From Candidatus Latescibacterota bacterium (GTDB lineage Bacteria > Latescibacterota > UBA2968 > UBA8231): a DNA stretch of 64,000 nt. Positions 1 through 9,200 of the stretch are shown here, one piece after another; the stretch's first letter is position 1; each line of letters opens with the position of its first letter. The notes under the pieces are model-generated. The model was not told the origin of the DNA and made no database searches. It saw only the letters and a list, made by a program, of their open reading frames with translations. The stretch is from the NCBI GenBank assembly GCA_965203175.1, contig OZ241867.1, forward strand, positions 1,120,001 through 1,184,000, in the 5' to 3' direction. Made by a program: the position numbers and the translations under genes.

Positions 1-1
1 C

Positions 2-742
2 GAACGGGCACAGCAATACGGCGTGGGAGCCTGCGTCGTCCGCAACGTCGGGCACTGGGGACGCGGGCACAGCTACGCTTTGCGGGCCGCTCGCGCCGGC
101 TTGATCGGCCTGGCCTTCACCAACGCGTTCGCCAACTTTCCCGCCTGGGGCACGCGCGTCCCTTCCCTCGGCAACAATCCCCTCGCCATTGGCATTCCCA
201 CCGCCGACGGCGAGCCCGTGGTCCTCGACTTGGCCATGACCCAATCCTCCATAAGCCGCGTGCGTCAGGCCGAGGCTGCTGGACGCAGCGTCCCCGAAGG
301 TTGGGGCTTGGACGAGCGCGGAAAGCCCACTACGGATCCAAGTGTTCTGCTGCAATCGTGGCGCTTTTTGCCCATGGGTCAGCACAAAGGCTCGGGACTT
401 GCTTTTATGGTCGATCTACTCACGGCAGGACTGGCCGGCGGCCTCCTCGCTTTTGAGCAGGGCACTGAGGGGCGGCCAACGGATTCGGCCGGCGGCTCCA
501 CCAAGTGCTTTATCGCCCTCAAGCCCTTTGGCGACTGGCTGCACAGCCGCAGCGCCGATCTGAAGGCCCATATAAAATCGGTAGAAGCAGCACCCGAGCA
601 GGGTCCAGTGCAGTGGCCGGGCGAAGGCAGTTATCAGCGGCGCGCCGACTACCTAAAACACGGCATCGCCCTCGAAACCACCTTGGCCAACCAAGTGGAC
701 GAATTGGCCCGCGACTTGGCAGTGCCAATTCGCTGGGCTTGA
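2..742 (+). CDS. Ldh_2 family (malate/L-lactate/sulfolactate dehydrogenase-like) oxidoreductase, 5'-truncated by window edge
   Basis: Motifs RNxGHxG, LGNNPLAIGIP, VLDLAMT, GQHKGSGL, WPGE. Confidence 0.85.
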   Translation, partial: ERAQQYGVGACVVRNVGHWGRGHSYALRAARAGLIGLAFTNAFANFPAWGTRVPSLGNNPLAIGIPTADGEPVVLDLAMTQSSISRVRQAEAAGRSVPEGWGLDERGKPTTDPSVLLQSWRFLPMGQHKGSGLAFMVDLLTAGLAGGLLAFEQGTEGRPTDSAGGSTKCFIALKPFGDWLHSRSADLKAHIKSVEAAPEQGPVQWPGEGSYQRRADYLKHGIALETTLANQVDELARDLAVPIRWA

Positions 743-911
743 TGGACCGTACCTAAGGTCAGGAGTACATATCCTCCCGCTCTTGGCCGAGGATTCTGGT
801 CTTGGGTGCCTTAATGGACATTTCTAGGTCGAGGATTTACCTTCTAGGCTATCAACTCCCCCACCCCATTAAAGGTAGGCAAAAATGTCCCAGCCCCTAA
901 GGAGGCCCCCC

Positions 912-1796
912 ATGATCCAGCTCCCTAAGTCCGTCCTCGCCATCATCGCCGCCGTCTTCGTCTTATTTCTCATCAGCCCGCGCTTCTACCAAAGCATCCC
1001 GGCCGGCCATGTCGCCGTCGCCACTCTCTTTGGCGAAGTCCAGTCCAAGCACTTCCCCGAGGGCTTTCACATCGTCAACCCGCTCTACCAATGGCACTTA
1101 TACGACGTGCGCCAGAAGACCCACTCCGAAACCTCCAACGTCCCCAGCCAAGACCAGCTACAGACCAAGATTGACGTCAGTGTCCAGTACCGCCTCGTCG
1201 CCAGCCAAACGCCGAGCATCCTAAAAGAGACCGGCAGTATTAGCGACGTGCTCGCCGTGCACATCATCCCCAAGCTGCGCTCGCAGATCCGCGAGCAGGG
1301 CAAGACCATCAAACGCGCCGAAGACTTCTTCTTGGAAGAGACTCAGACGACGTTGCAGGTCGCCCTACTCGAAGGCCTGAAAGATTATCTGGGCACCAAG
1401 GGGGTCGCCATCGAGGCCGTATTGATCCGCGACATCTCGCTACCGCCCTTTATCACCAAGGCCATTGAGGCCAAAAAAGAGCGCGAGCAGGAAGTTGAAA
1501 AGCAAAAGGCCGAGCTAGAGCGCTTCACCACCGAGCAGGAACAGAAAGTCGCCGCCGCCGAGGCCGAAAAGAACGCCGCCGCCGCCCAGGCTGAAAAGCG
1601 CCGCCTGCTCGCCGACGCCCAAGCCTACGAAATCACCAAGATCAACGACGCCATCGGCCGCAACCCCAACTACGTCAAACTCCAGGCACTCAAGTCCCTC
1701 GAAGCCATCTCTAAGGATCCTGCCGCCAAGGTCTATTTCATCAACAGCGACAGCCCTTCACCGCTGCCGCTGATGCACCTAGGCGAAACCAAGTAG
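912..1796 (+). CDS. SPFH/prohibitin (band 7) family membrane protein
   Basis: RBS AGGAGG before ATG 912; N-terminal TM, GFHIVNP, VLIRDISLP, Ala/Glu-rich coiled coil. Confidence 0.85.
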   Translation: MIQLPKSVLAIIAAVFVLFLISPRFYQSIPAGHVAVATLFGEVQSKHFPEGFHIVNPLYQWHLYDVRQKTHSETSNVPSQDQLQTKIDVSVQYRLVASQTPSILKETGSISDVLAVHIIPKLRSQIREQGKTIKRAEDFFLEETQTTLQVALLEGLKDYLGTKGVAIEAVLIRDISLPPFITKAIEAKKEREQEVEKQKAELERFTTEQEQKVAAAEAEKNAAAAQAEKRRLLADAQAYEITKINDAIGRNPNYVKLQALKSLEAISKDPAAKVYFINSDSPSPLPLMHLGETK

Positions 1797-2885
1797 ATGC
1801 CTGCCAAATATCTCGTTGGCGTCATTGCCTCCGGCCGCATTGCTCGCGAGCACGGCCGCGGCTGGGCCGAGTGCGAACACACTGAAATCGCTGCCATTGC
1901 CGACGCGCATCCCGAAGCCTTGGCCAGCTACGCCGCGGATTTCAACGTCGAAAAACAGTATCTCGACTACCGCGAGATGCTCGACGTGGAAAACCTCGAC
2001 ATCGTCAGCGTTTGCTCTTGGGATCCCCAGCACGCGGAAATGTCCATCGCCGCCTGCGCCCGTCGGCCCAAAGCCGTGCTCTGCGAAAAGCCCATGGCCG
2101 TCTCCTTGGGCGAGGCCGAGGCCATGGTCATCGCCGCCGAGCGCAACAACGTCAAGCTAGCCATCGGCCACCAGCGCCGCTTTTACTCTTGTTGGCGCGA
2201 GGCGCGGCGGATGATCGCCGATGGGGCCATTGGCAAGCCGCAGCGGCTGTGGTCCGCGGTTAAGGCCGGGATGATGAACACCGGCACCCACTGCATCGAC
2301 TTCCAGCTCTACGCCCTCGGCGACCCACAAGCCGAATGGGTCATGGGCTCGGTCGAACGCCACACCGACCACTTCGTCTTCGGCCACCGGGTCGAAGACC
2401 GCTGCGTGGGGATCATCGGCTATCCCGACGGGGTCGAAGGCGTGATCGAAAACGAGATGAACGATATTTATCAGGTGGGGGCTACCATCTACGGCGAAGA
2501 CGGCACGATGGTCGTCAGCGACAACAGCCTGCGCTATATGACGGCCACCTCCGGCGGCTGGCAGGAGTTCGAACCCACCGACAAGTCCAGCGGCTACGGC
2601 AACGCCTTCGTGGATCAGGCCTACGGAATCTGCCGCTGGATCGAGGGCGATTTTGAGGACTACTACGGCAAGGCCGAGCACGGCAAAGCCGCCACTGAGA
2701 TTATGATGGGCGTCTATGAATCGGCAAGGCTGCACGAGCGCGTGGCCCTGCCGCTGCAAACCCGCGACAACCCGCTCGACGTCGCCGTCGAAGAGGGGCG
2801 TATGCCCGTCACTCGGCCCGGCCATTGGGACGAGCGCTCCTTTTTGGTGCGCGGCGAGGGCATGAGCTGGATCAGGGACAAATAG
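1797..2885 (+). CDS. Gfo/Idh/MocA family oxidoreductase
   Basis: Rossmann N-terminus, LCEKPMA, GHQRRF, GTHCID. Confidence 0.9.
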   Translation: MPAKYLVGVIASGRIAREHGRGWAECEHTEIAAIADAHPEALASYAADFNVEKQYLDYREMLDVENLDIVSVCSWDPQHAEMSIAACARRPKAVLCEKPMAVSLGEAEAMVIAAERNNVKLAIGHQRRFYSCWREARRMIADGAIGKPQRLWSAVKAGMMNTGTHCIDFQLYALGDPQAEWVMGSVERHTDHFVFGHRVEDRCVGIIGYPDGVEGVIENEMNDIYQVGATIYGEDGTMVVSDNSLRYMTATSGGWQEFEPTDKSSGYGNAFVDQAYGICRWIEGDFEDYYGKAEHGKAATEIMMGVYESARLHERVALPLQTRDNPLDVAVEEGRMPVTRPGHWDERSFLVRGEGMSWIRDK

Positions 2886-2948
2886 GCGGCCCCCATGCGG
2901 CCCCAATGCGGCCCCCATGCGGAGGCCGGACTACTCTGAGGCCGGACT
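2886..2948. repeat. Short intergenic tandem repeats: 3x GCGGCCCC(C/A)AT then 2x GAGGCCGGACT
   Basis: 11-bp units at 2886, 2897, 2908; second unit at 2922 and 2938. Confidence 0.75.
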
Positions 2949-2968
2949 GCACGGAGGACGGAAAGCTC

Positions 2969-3751
2969 ATGCAAATCGGTCTCTTAGTTACCAATCGCCA
3001 ACAGCTTGAAGAGTCCGCCGACTGGGACTTCGACTATCTCGAAGGCTCACCCGGTCTCCTCGGCAGCGATGCAGACGACCCACGAGCGGTCGAGCGCGAG
3101 TTCTTAGCGCTTTTGGAAAAGCACCCGCTCCAGATGAAGACAATGTGCGGTTTTATTGGCGACCCGCAGGGGCGCGGGCTAATGGTCGTCGGCCCCGACG
3201 TGAGCCTGGACCGGCTGCGTACTTTTGTCACGCGAGTCTTCGACCTCATGCAACGGGCCAGAGTCGAGGTCATCGGCTACGGCAGCGGCAGCTCGCGCTG
3301 GGTGCCCGACGGCTTCGACCGCGACAAAGCTCGCCAACAGGTCGCCGATTTCTTGCACCTGTGCGCCGACCTCGGCGAGCCTCGTGGCGTCAAGGTCGCG
3401 CTCGAGCCTTATAACCGCGACGACGCCAACCTGCTCAACACCGTCTCCGAAGCGACCGAATTCATAGAGGGCGTCAACCGCTCGCACGCCAAGCTAATGG
3501 CCGACTTCTTCCACATGAAGCTCAACGGCGAGTCTTTCGACGCGCTCAAAGAAGCCGGGCCACACCTGATCCACGCTCACATTGCCGAACCGGGGCGCGG
3601 CCGACCGCAAACCACGCCAGCCGACCACGCACTTTTTCTACACACCTTGCGCGCATCCGGCTACGATGGGCGCGTAACGCTGAGCGGTGCGCTGCCGGTC
3701 TATGCCGACGATGGCGAAACCGCCATCGCCCTCAAGAAAGCCAGCGCGTGA
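2969..3751 (+). CDS. Sugar phosphate isomerase/epimerase (xylose isomerase-like TIM barrel)
   Basis: GSGSSR, ALEPYN, ADFFHM, HAHIAE; ATG 2969 after GGAGG. Confidence 0.85.
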   Translation: MQIGLLVTNRQQLEESADWDFDYLEGSPGLLGSDADDPRAVEREFLALLEKHPLQMKTMCGFIGDPQGRGLMVVGPDVSLDRLRTFVTRVFDLMQRARVEVIGYGSGSSRWVPDGFDRDKARQQVADFLHLCADLGEPRGVKVALEPYNRDDANLLNTVSEATEFIEGVNRSHAKLMADFFHMKLNGESFDALKEAGPHLIHAHIAEPGRGRPQTTPADHALFLHTLRASGYDGRVTLSGALPVYADDGETAIALKKASA

Positions 3752-4413
3752 AGGTCCCCTCCTTCGCCTACAGCCGCATGGTGGACCTTTCGCGGACTAT
3801 CACGCCGTCGGAAGGTCGCCTCATCCACTACCGCACAGCGCGCGTACCCGTCGATGATCCACCGACCGACCGCTGGTATATCACCACTAGCATTGAAATG
3901 GGCGGTCATGTCGGCACCCATGTCGAAGGGCCTTTACACGCCGTCCAAGACGGCCCGGCCATTGCCGACCTCGATGTCGAGCGCTTTTTTGGCGAGGCCA
4001 TCCTCTTCGACTTTAGCGATGCTCCGTTGGGCGAGCCGCTTTCTCCGGAGCAATTCCAACGGGCCGCCGAACCGGGTGGCGGCGTCCGCCCGGGAGACAT
4101 CGCCCTCTTTCGCTTTGATTGGGATCAACGGGCTACCGCTGGTTCCTATCCGCCTTATCCTTCGACCGAAGCCTTGCGCTGGCTCGTCGAGGCCGGCGTC
4201 AAACTGCTCGGCATCGACACCCCCGGCTTAGACATTCCAGGCGACCGCAGCCTGCCCAACCACCACCTGCTCTTCGCACACGGCATTCCCCTAATCGAGA
4301 GCTTGGACCGCTTGGGCGAACTGCGACAACCGCGCGTTTACCTTTTCGCCCAGCCGCTACCAGCGGCTGAAACCGACGCCATTCCGCTGCGCGTACTCGC
4401 TTTTGAAGGGTAG
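3748..4413 (+). CDS. Cyclase family (kynurenine formamidase-like) protein
   Basis: HVGTHVEGPLH, GIDTP, IESL motifs. Confidence 0.85.
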   Translation: MKVPSFAYSRMVDLSRTITPSEGRLIHYRTARVPVDDPPTDRWYITTSIEMGGHVGTHVEGPLHAVQDGPAIADLDVERFFGEAILFDFSDAPLGEPLSPEQFQRAAEPGGGVRPGDIALFRFDWDQRATAGSYPPYPSTEALRWLVEAGVKLLGIDTPGLDIPGDRSLPNHHLLFAHGIPLIESLDRLGELRQPRVYLFAQPLPAAETDAIPLRVLAFEG

Positions 4414-4447
4414 CTGCGGTCCGCGCTGGAGATTCCCGCCGTTGGCC

Positions 4448-5302
4448 ATGCAAACCCTCACCTCTGCCGAAGCCGATCACTTCCTCACCAAGGGCTATGT
4501 CACCATCCCCGGCTGCTTCACCCGCGACTTTGCCCAGCCTCTCATTGACCATGCCTATACGCGTCTCGGCTACGACCCCGACTACCCCGCCACTTGGACC
4601 GAACCGATCCGCTACTTAGATCACGCTCACAGATTCAAAGTAAAGGACCTGTGTCCTCGAGCTTGGGGCGCGATTTGCGATGTGATGGGCGGCGAGGACC
4701 GCATTGATCCCGCCATTCAGCGACTAGAAACCAAGCATTTCTCTTCGGTCGAATCTTTCCACTGGTCCGACGCTTTCATCATCAACTTCCGCTATGGCGC
4801 CGATGCCCCTTGGCGTCCCCCCGCACCCGACACCGCCCTCTGGCACAAGGACGGCAGCTTCTTCCGCCACTTCTTAGACAGTCCCGAACAGGCTCTGTTG
4901 GTCGTCCTCCAATGGACCGATACCCCGCCCAAGTCCGGCGGCACCTTCGTCGCCTGCGATTCCTTTAGACACGTCGCCCGCTATCTCGCCGACCATCCCG
5001 AGGGCGTCGATCCAGGAGCCTGTAACTTTCTCATCGACCAGTGCCAAGACTTCATTGAGCTTATCGGCCAGACCGGCGATCTGACCCTTCTCCACCCCTT
5101 TACTCTCCACGCTTCCTCCCCCAATCACTCAGGTCGCCCCCGCTTCATGACCAATCCTCCCGTCGCCCTAAAAGAACCCCTAAATTTCAACCGCGAGGAT
5201 CCCGCCGACTTTTCTCTCGTCGAGCGCGGCGTTCTTCAGGCGCTCGGCGTCGATCGCTATGATTTCCAACCCACGGCCCCGAGAGAGTGGTATGGTCTTT
5301 AG
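4448..5302 (+). CDS. Phytanoyl-CoA dioxygenase (PhyH) family protein
   Basis: F..KGYV, WHKDG (HxD), GGT, GDxxLLHP..LH..S.N. Confidence 0.8.
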   Translation: MQTLTSAEADHFLTKGYVTIPGCFTRDFAQPLIDHAYTRLGYDPDYPATWTEPIRYLDHAHRFKVKDLCPRAWGAICDVMGGEDRIDPAIQRLETKHFSSVESFHWSDAFIINFRYGADAPWRPPAPDTALWHKDGSFFRHFLDSPEQALLVVLQWTDTPPKSGGTFVACDSFRHVARYLADHPEGVDPGACNFLIDQCQDFIELIGQTGDLTLLHPFTLHASSPNHSGRPRFMTNPPVALKEPLNFNREDPADFSLVERGVLQALGVDRYDFQPTAPREWYGL

Positions 5303-5337
5303 CGCCATCTTTTCCCGCATCGCCGTGTCATCGTCCA

Positions 5338-6206
5338 CTATGATTCCCAGGGAACGGGGACATTGATCTCCGTGGCAATGCGCTGCAACACGTCGAGGTG
5401 GTCTTCGGTCAGCGGAATACCACTATGCTCGCGTGTTTGCTCGCGTTGCCACTCCAAGCTGCCTGGGACTTCGGCGCTTGCCAGTCCCGGCATGGGGTTT
5501 AGCGACCGGCTCTCGCGCAAAATGCGAGCAAGCTCTGCCTTATACGCCTCCAAGTCGCCCAACCTCGCCACATCAATCGCCACCAGCGTAAATGCCCGCG
5601 TGGCACTTGCAAATTTTGGTCTGCTCGATTCAGGCGTCGCCGTGCCCGCTAAAATGCCCGCCAAGAACCACGACGTAAATCGCATCCCCAAACTCTTGAA
5701 AACAAAGTCTGGAAATGTCTGCAGTGCTTCGGCGAGTTTGCTGCGGTCTTTCAACATGTTCGCATTCATATCCAACACAAACGGCGGCCCTTCTGCCGTT
5801 GGAACGCCAAAACACATCGGAGGGGCACCCATCGCATCCCACACTGTTGCATCGGGGTGCGTCGGTTTTTCCCAAGCAACACCTCCCGCCACGGAAAAGG
5901 TCGCCAAGTCGCGCACCAGTGCCAGCCGCGCATAAATCCCCACGCTGCCCACGTGCCCGTGATTGCGCGTACACACAACGGCAATGCCGTTTGCTTTCGC
6001 CTTTTCAATGACGTCCTCTGTCGCCTGCGTTGCCACCAAGTAACCCGCACCGCCGTCGCCGTCAAAAATCGCCATTGAGGGGGCATCCATGATTTGAGCG
6101 ATTTCAGGTCGGGGATTAATACGCCCTTCGCGAAACTCAGCCACATACCGCTGCAACTGGCGCGTGCCGTGCGAGACCACCCCGCGCAAATCCACATCCA
6201 CCAGAT
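5338..6206 (-). pseudogene. Ldh_2 family oxidoreductase, 3' part; interrupted by IS1595-family element
   Basis: DLRGVVSHG, RNHGHVG, VLDM motifs; missing N-terminus lies at 11617-11745 and rejoins in frame (…ARYLV|DVDLRG…). Confidence 0.9.
6199..6206. repeat. Target-site duplication (left) CACCAGAT
   Basis: Identical to 11617-11624. Confidence 0.92.
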
Positions 6207-6229
6207 GGGAATAATATACTATTTTGCCC
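6207..6229 (+). repeat. Left terminal inverted repeat
   Basis: Imperfect inverted complement of 11594-11616. Confidence 0.9.
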
Positions 6230-6281
6230 CAATTCTCGCGTAACCCTCTTATTTTTCAACTAAATCCTTAGTTTTCACTCC

Positions 6282-6310
6282 TTGCCTTGCCCGTCGTTGT
6301 TTCTTACCTT
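6282..6310 (+). promoter_or_regulatory. Putative sigma70 promoter TTGCCT-17-TACCTT
   Basis: Correct spacing; predicted start (~6317) coincides with the 5' end of a long stem. Confidence 0.45.
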
Positions 6311-6317
6311 TACTCTT

Positions 6318-6466
6318 GTCTGACTTCCTTTGCAGAGACCCCGCGTTGCTACTTGGCAATGTCGGGTCATCTGCTGAATACAACAGCCGAGACCCGGCAA
6401 GGGGTAGCGCCCCGCGCTGCGGCGAATAGGCAGAGCTTCTTCTGTTCTCTGCAGAGGACGTTGGAC
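6318..6466 (+). ncRNA. Candidate structured RNA of unknown family
   Basis: 21-nt closing stem 6318-6338/6446-6466 (20 pairs incl. 3 G-U, 1 mismatch) enclosing several internal stems, e.g. 6360-6368/6391-6399. Confidence 0.55.
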
Positions 6467-6565
6467 TGGCCCGGCCTTCCCATCGAAGGCCCTCGCCTGC
6501 TTCCGTCCAAGGGGTAGGCGACCACACGCTGGCTATTCATAACTCCCGTCCAAGGAGTGTCCATC

Positions 6566-7189
6566 ATGGTTCGCCATCTCGCCATCGTTATCGTATTCTG
6601 CGCTCATTCTATTATAGGCTGTGCAATAACCACAGACCCTAATAAGCCTAATACGTTCAAAAACGGGGAATCGTGGCACTTTATACAAAACGACAAGGCA
6701 CTTAGTCTTATATCTGCTCCAGCAGCATATTTAGGATCATTGTCGTATATAAACATTATATGTCATTATGGGGTATCCAGTATCTCTAATGACTGTATCA
6801 CGATGCTCAATTTTGTTACTTATCCCCAAAATTATGGAACCTTCCCTACGCTTGAACCTATTGAGGTAGTAGTGATGTTTACCAAGAATAAGACTAATGA
6901 TAGGCGACTATTTACTTTTTATTCGTTCAGGAAAGGCTTGATGTTATCGCCAGAACACGTAGATGAATTTATCGATTCAATATCGTCGTCCGATAAAGTG
7001 GCTTTTGGTTTAAGGTGGAAAAAAATACAAGCCACCCGCGACACGCATCACAGTGCCGCTTTTCAATTTAATCTCCAGAAAACAGAAATCGCAATCAAAC
7101 GATTTAAGAGTTTGGTTTTGACCAAGACTAAAAAGGGGAAAACTAAGATCAAACGAAAAGCTGCCGATATTGTAAGGGATTATTTGTAG
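6566..7189 (+). CDS. Hypothetical exported/lipoprotein (IS passenger)
   Basis: RBS AAGGAG 8 nt before ATG; hydrophobic N-terminus with lipobox-like IIGC. Confidence 0.6.
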   Translation: MVRHLAIVIVFCAHSIIGCAITTDPNKPNTFKNGESWHFIQNDKALSLISAPAAYLGSLSYINIICHYGVSSISNDCITMLNFVTYPQNYGTFPTLEPIEVVVMFTKNKTNDRRLFTFYSFRKGLMLSPEHVDEFIDSISSSDKVAFGLRWKKIQATRDTHHSAAFQFNLQKTEIAIKRFKSLVLTKTKKGKTKIKRKAADIVRDYL

Positions 7190-7219
7190 GCGGCACGGAG
7201 ATAAAGGCTCCGTGCCGCC
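7189..7219. terminator. 12-bp perfect GC hairpin, no U-tract
   Basis: GGCGGCACGGAG-ATAAAGG-CTCCGTGCCGCC directly after stop codon. Confidence 0.45.
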
Positions 7220-7253
7220 AAGCCATCACCCATAACCATAGGAGGAACAGACG

Positions 7254-7532
7254 ATGGCCGAAAATGAGCGTATAGAAAAACTTGAAGCCAATATAGGAAG
7301 CCTTATGGGACACATTGCCATACTGCGTCTTATAAACTTTCAGCTAGTGGAGCATGTTAAAGCAGACTGCGAGGCCGAGTTTTCCCTAATGCTTTCTACT
7401 TTACAAAAAGCGCAGAAATACCACGCAGAAAACGCCGAACAATACCAGACTCCTTATTACAACGAACTCGCTGACGCGTTCTCTGATACACTGGATCATC
7501 TCCAAGGAACTCGTCTGCCGTCACTGGATTGA
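7254..7532 (+). CDS. Small helical hypothetical protein (IS passenger)
   Basis: Strong RBS AGGAGGA; 92-aa ORF. Confidence 0.55.
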   Translation: MAENERIEKLEANIGSLMGHIAILRLINFQLVEHVKADCEAEFSLMLSTLQKAQKYHAENAEQYQTPYYNELADAFSDTLDHLQGTRLPSLD

Positions 7533-7657
7533 ACGGAACAAACTCCGAATTAGGCACTCGCCTCCGATACTCGCGCAGAATATGGACACTATCTTTTTTT
7601 GACAACATAATGCATCTCCTTGTGTGGAGTATGAGTGAAACTGCTCTCATAAATACC

Positions 7658-7693
7658 AAAGCCCCACGTCATAATAACATGACGTGGGGCTTT
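7658..7693. terminator. Bidirectional intrinsic terminator-like hairpin
   Basis: 15-bp perfect stem AAAGCCCCACGTCAT/ATGACGTGGGGCTTT between convergent genes. Confidence 0.7.
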
Positions 7694-7720
7694 ATTTTTA
7701 TATATTTTAATATAGGATGA

Positions 7721-7861
7721 CTATTTCTTGTCGTCTTTCTGATCTTTCTTGTCTTGCTTGGGTTTATTACGGAGATCGGACACAGGAGTATCGGCACACC
7801 TCTTGAGTAATTCTTCAGGGGTCAGATTAATCTTTACTCTGGGCGATTTATTCTTTGCCAT
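7721..7861 (-). CDS. 46-aa basic protein overlapping the transposase 3' end
   Basis: MAKNKSPRVKINLTPEELLKRCADTPVSDLRNKPKQDKKDQKDDKK; not in ORF track, read manually. Confidence 0.5.
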   Translation of the reverse strand: MAKNKSPRVKINLTPEELLKRCADTPVSDLRNKPKQDKKDQKDDKK

Positions 7862-8765
7862 TACATGATACCTTAACGCGAACCCCCTGCGAACTGTCTA
7901 GCAGTTTATTCACCTTCTCCGGTGGCTCCATATCTTTGGCATTTTGTCGAAAGGCGAACTCGGCCAAGTAAAAGTCCATATACTTCTTGCTCCAGTGGTG
8001 GAACGTGCCCCGATATCCGCGCCGCAATAATGCCCACATGGATTCAATGCCGTTGACGTGGACATCACCCTCCGCATATCGCTTCCTTGAATGATTGATC
8101 GTCTTATGATCGTAGCTTTCGCTAAGACCATTATAGCCCGAATTTTCGTCCGTGTAAAGGGTTGACCCCTCTTTGGCGTGACGGCGAATAAAGTCATGTA
8201 AGGCTTTCATATTCGCAAAGGAAACGTGCTCATATCTAACCTTGCCGTTACGACCACGCATACCCACAACGGGCATCTTACCCGCTCCACCACGCGCCGT
8301 GGGGTCTTTCTTATCAAAGTGCTTCCACTTCTGCTGGCCACCCATATACACCTCATCAACTTCCACCTCCCCACTTAGCTGTTCCTGCTCTTCGGCATCG
8401 TTTCCAGCGGCAGCACGTAACCGCGTCAACATACGCCATGCCGTCTTTTGCGAAACGTCTATGGTGCGAGCCAGTTGGTAGCTGCTTATCCCCTTGGGCG
8501 AATTGGTCGTGAGCCAAACTGCGGCGTACCACTTCCTAAGCGGAATATTGCTCCCCTCAAATACCGTGCCCTTACGTACCGAGAACGTATAACGACAATC
8601 ACCACAGCGAAACTGGCCATCCGATCTTTTATAGATGCGAGAGGAGTTGCAACGCAAGCATTGAGCGCCGTCCGGCCACCTCACCTTAGCAAAGTGGTCA
8701 ATGCACTTCTGCTCGGTATCAAACTCCCATAATAGGGCGACAAGGCTTTTAGCTTCGATTTTCAT
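7848..8765 (-). CDS. IS1595-family transposase
   Basis: RWPDG+CxxC…CxxC zinc ribbon, GTVFE, VSQKTAW, EVDE.Y.GG, YTDE, H.NGIES.W..LRR, YLAEFAFR.N. Confidence 0.95.
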   Translation of the reverse strand: MKIEAKSLVALLWEFDTEQKCIDHFAKVRWPDGAQCLRCNSSRIYKRSDGQFRCGDCRYTFSVRKGTVFEGSNIPLRKWYAAVWLTTNSPKGISSYQLARTIDVSQKTAWRMLTRLRAAAGNDAEEQEQLSGEVEVDEVYMGGQQKWKHFDKKDPTARGGAGKMPVVGMRGRNGKVRYEHVSFANMKALHDFIRRHAKEGSTLYTDENSGYNGLSESYDHKTINHSRKRYAEGDVHVNGIESMWALLRRGYRGTFHHWSKKYMDFYLAEFAFRQNAKDMEPPEKVNKLLDSSQGVRVKVSCNGKE

Positions 8766-8775
8766 AACACCATGT

Positions 8776-8804
8776 AATATAACAATTTACGAGTATTTTG
8801 TCAA
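8776..8804 (-). promoter_or_regulatory. Transposase promoter TTGACA-17-TATATT
   Basis: Near-consensus; -10 is 10 nt from ATG, so a near-leaderless mRNA. Confidence 0.65.
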
Positions 8805-8902
8805 GCTGAACACTTGTTCATTTTAGTTATAAGACTTGACAGGGAAAATAGATTAGCTATTGGCCCCAGTAACCTCTTGACGATGTTCAATCGATCTTTA
8901 TA

Positions 8903-9172
8903 ATGGAGCATCAAGACTATACGTGCGCCGTCTGTGGCGAGCGGCTGGAACAGGCAGGGGCCGAGTTAGATCACAAGGTGCCTATTCATCTCGGCGGGTC
9001 TAACCACGTCAGCAACTTCCAAGCGACGCACAGGGCATGCAACAGATCCCGGTCGTATCGGGCGGATTTGATATGGGCGCGGCCAGAGCAGGTGGGTGGC
9101 GACGGAAAGCGGAAGTACTACTGGAGCAAGAAAGACGTGGAGGAACTAGTAACAATACTGGCGCGGGCTTGA
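8903..9172 (+). CDS. Minimal HNH endonuclease
   Basis: CAVCG…ELDHKVP..LGGSN..SNFQ..H..CN. Confidence 0.8.
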   Translation: MEHQDYTCAVCGERLEQAGAELDHKVPIHLGGSNHVSNFQATHRACNRSRSYRADLIWARPEQVGGDGKRKYYWSKKDVEELVTILARA

Positions 9173-9197
9173 CAGAATTAGCCTGCAACCGTATAAT
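9169..9197 (+). promoter_or_regulatory. Perfect sigma70 promoter TTGACA-17-TATAAT
   Basis: Exact consensus at 9169-9174 and 9192-9197. Confidence 0.85.
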
Positions 9198-9200
9198 AAA

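Noticed and set aside
6318-6466. tRNA or retron msr-msd
   Set aside because: No T-loop/CCA or cloverleaf geometry; no reverse transcriptase nearby
6249-6527. Short ORFs over the IS left end
   Set aside because: No RBS or motifs; region better explained by promoter and RNA structure
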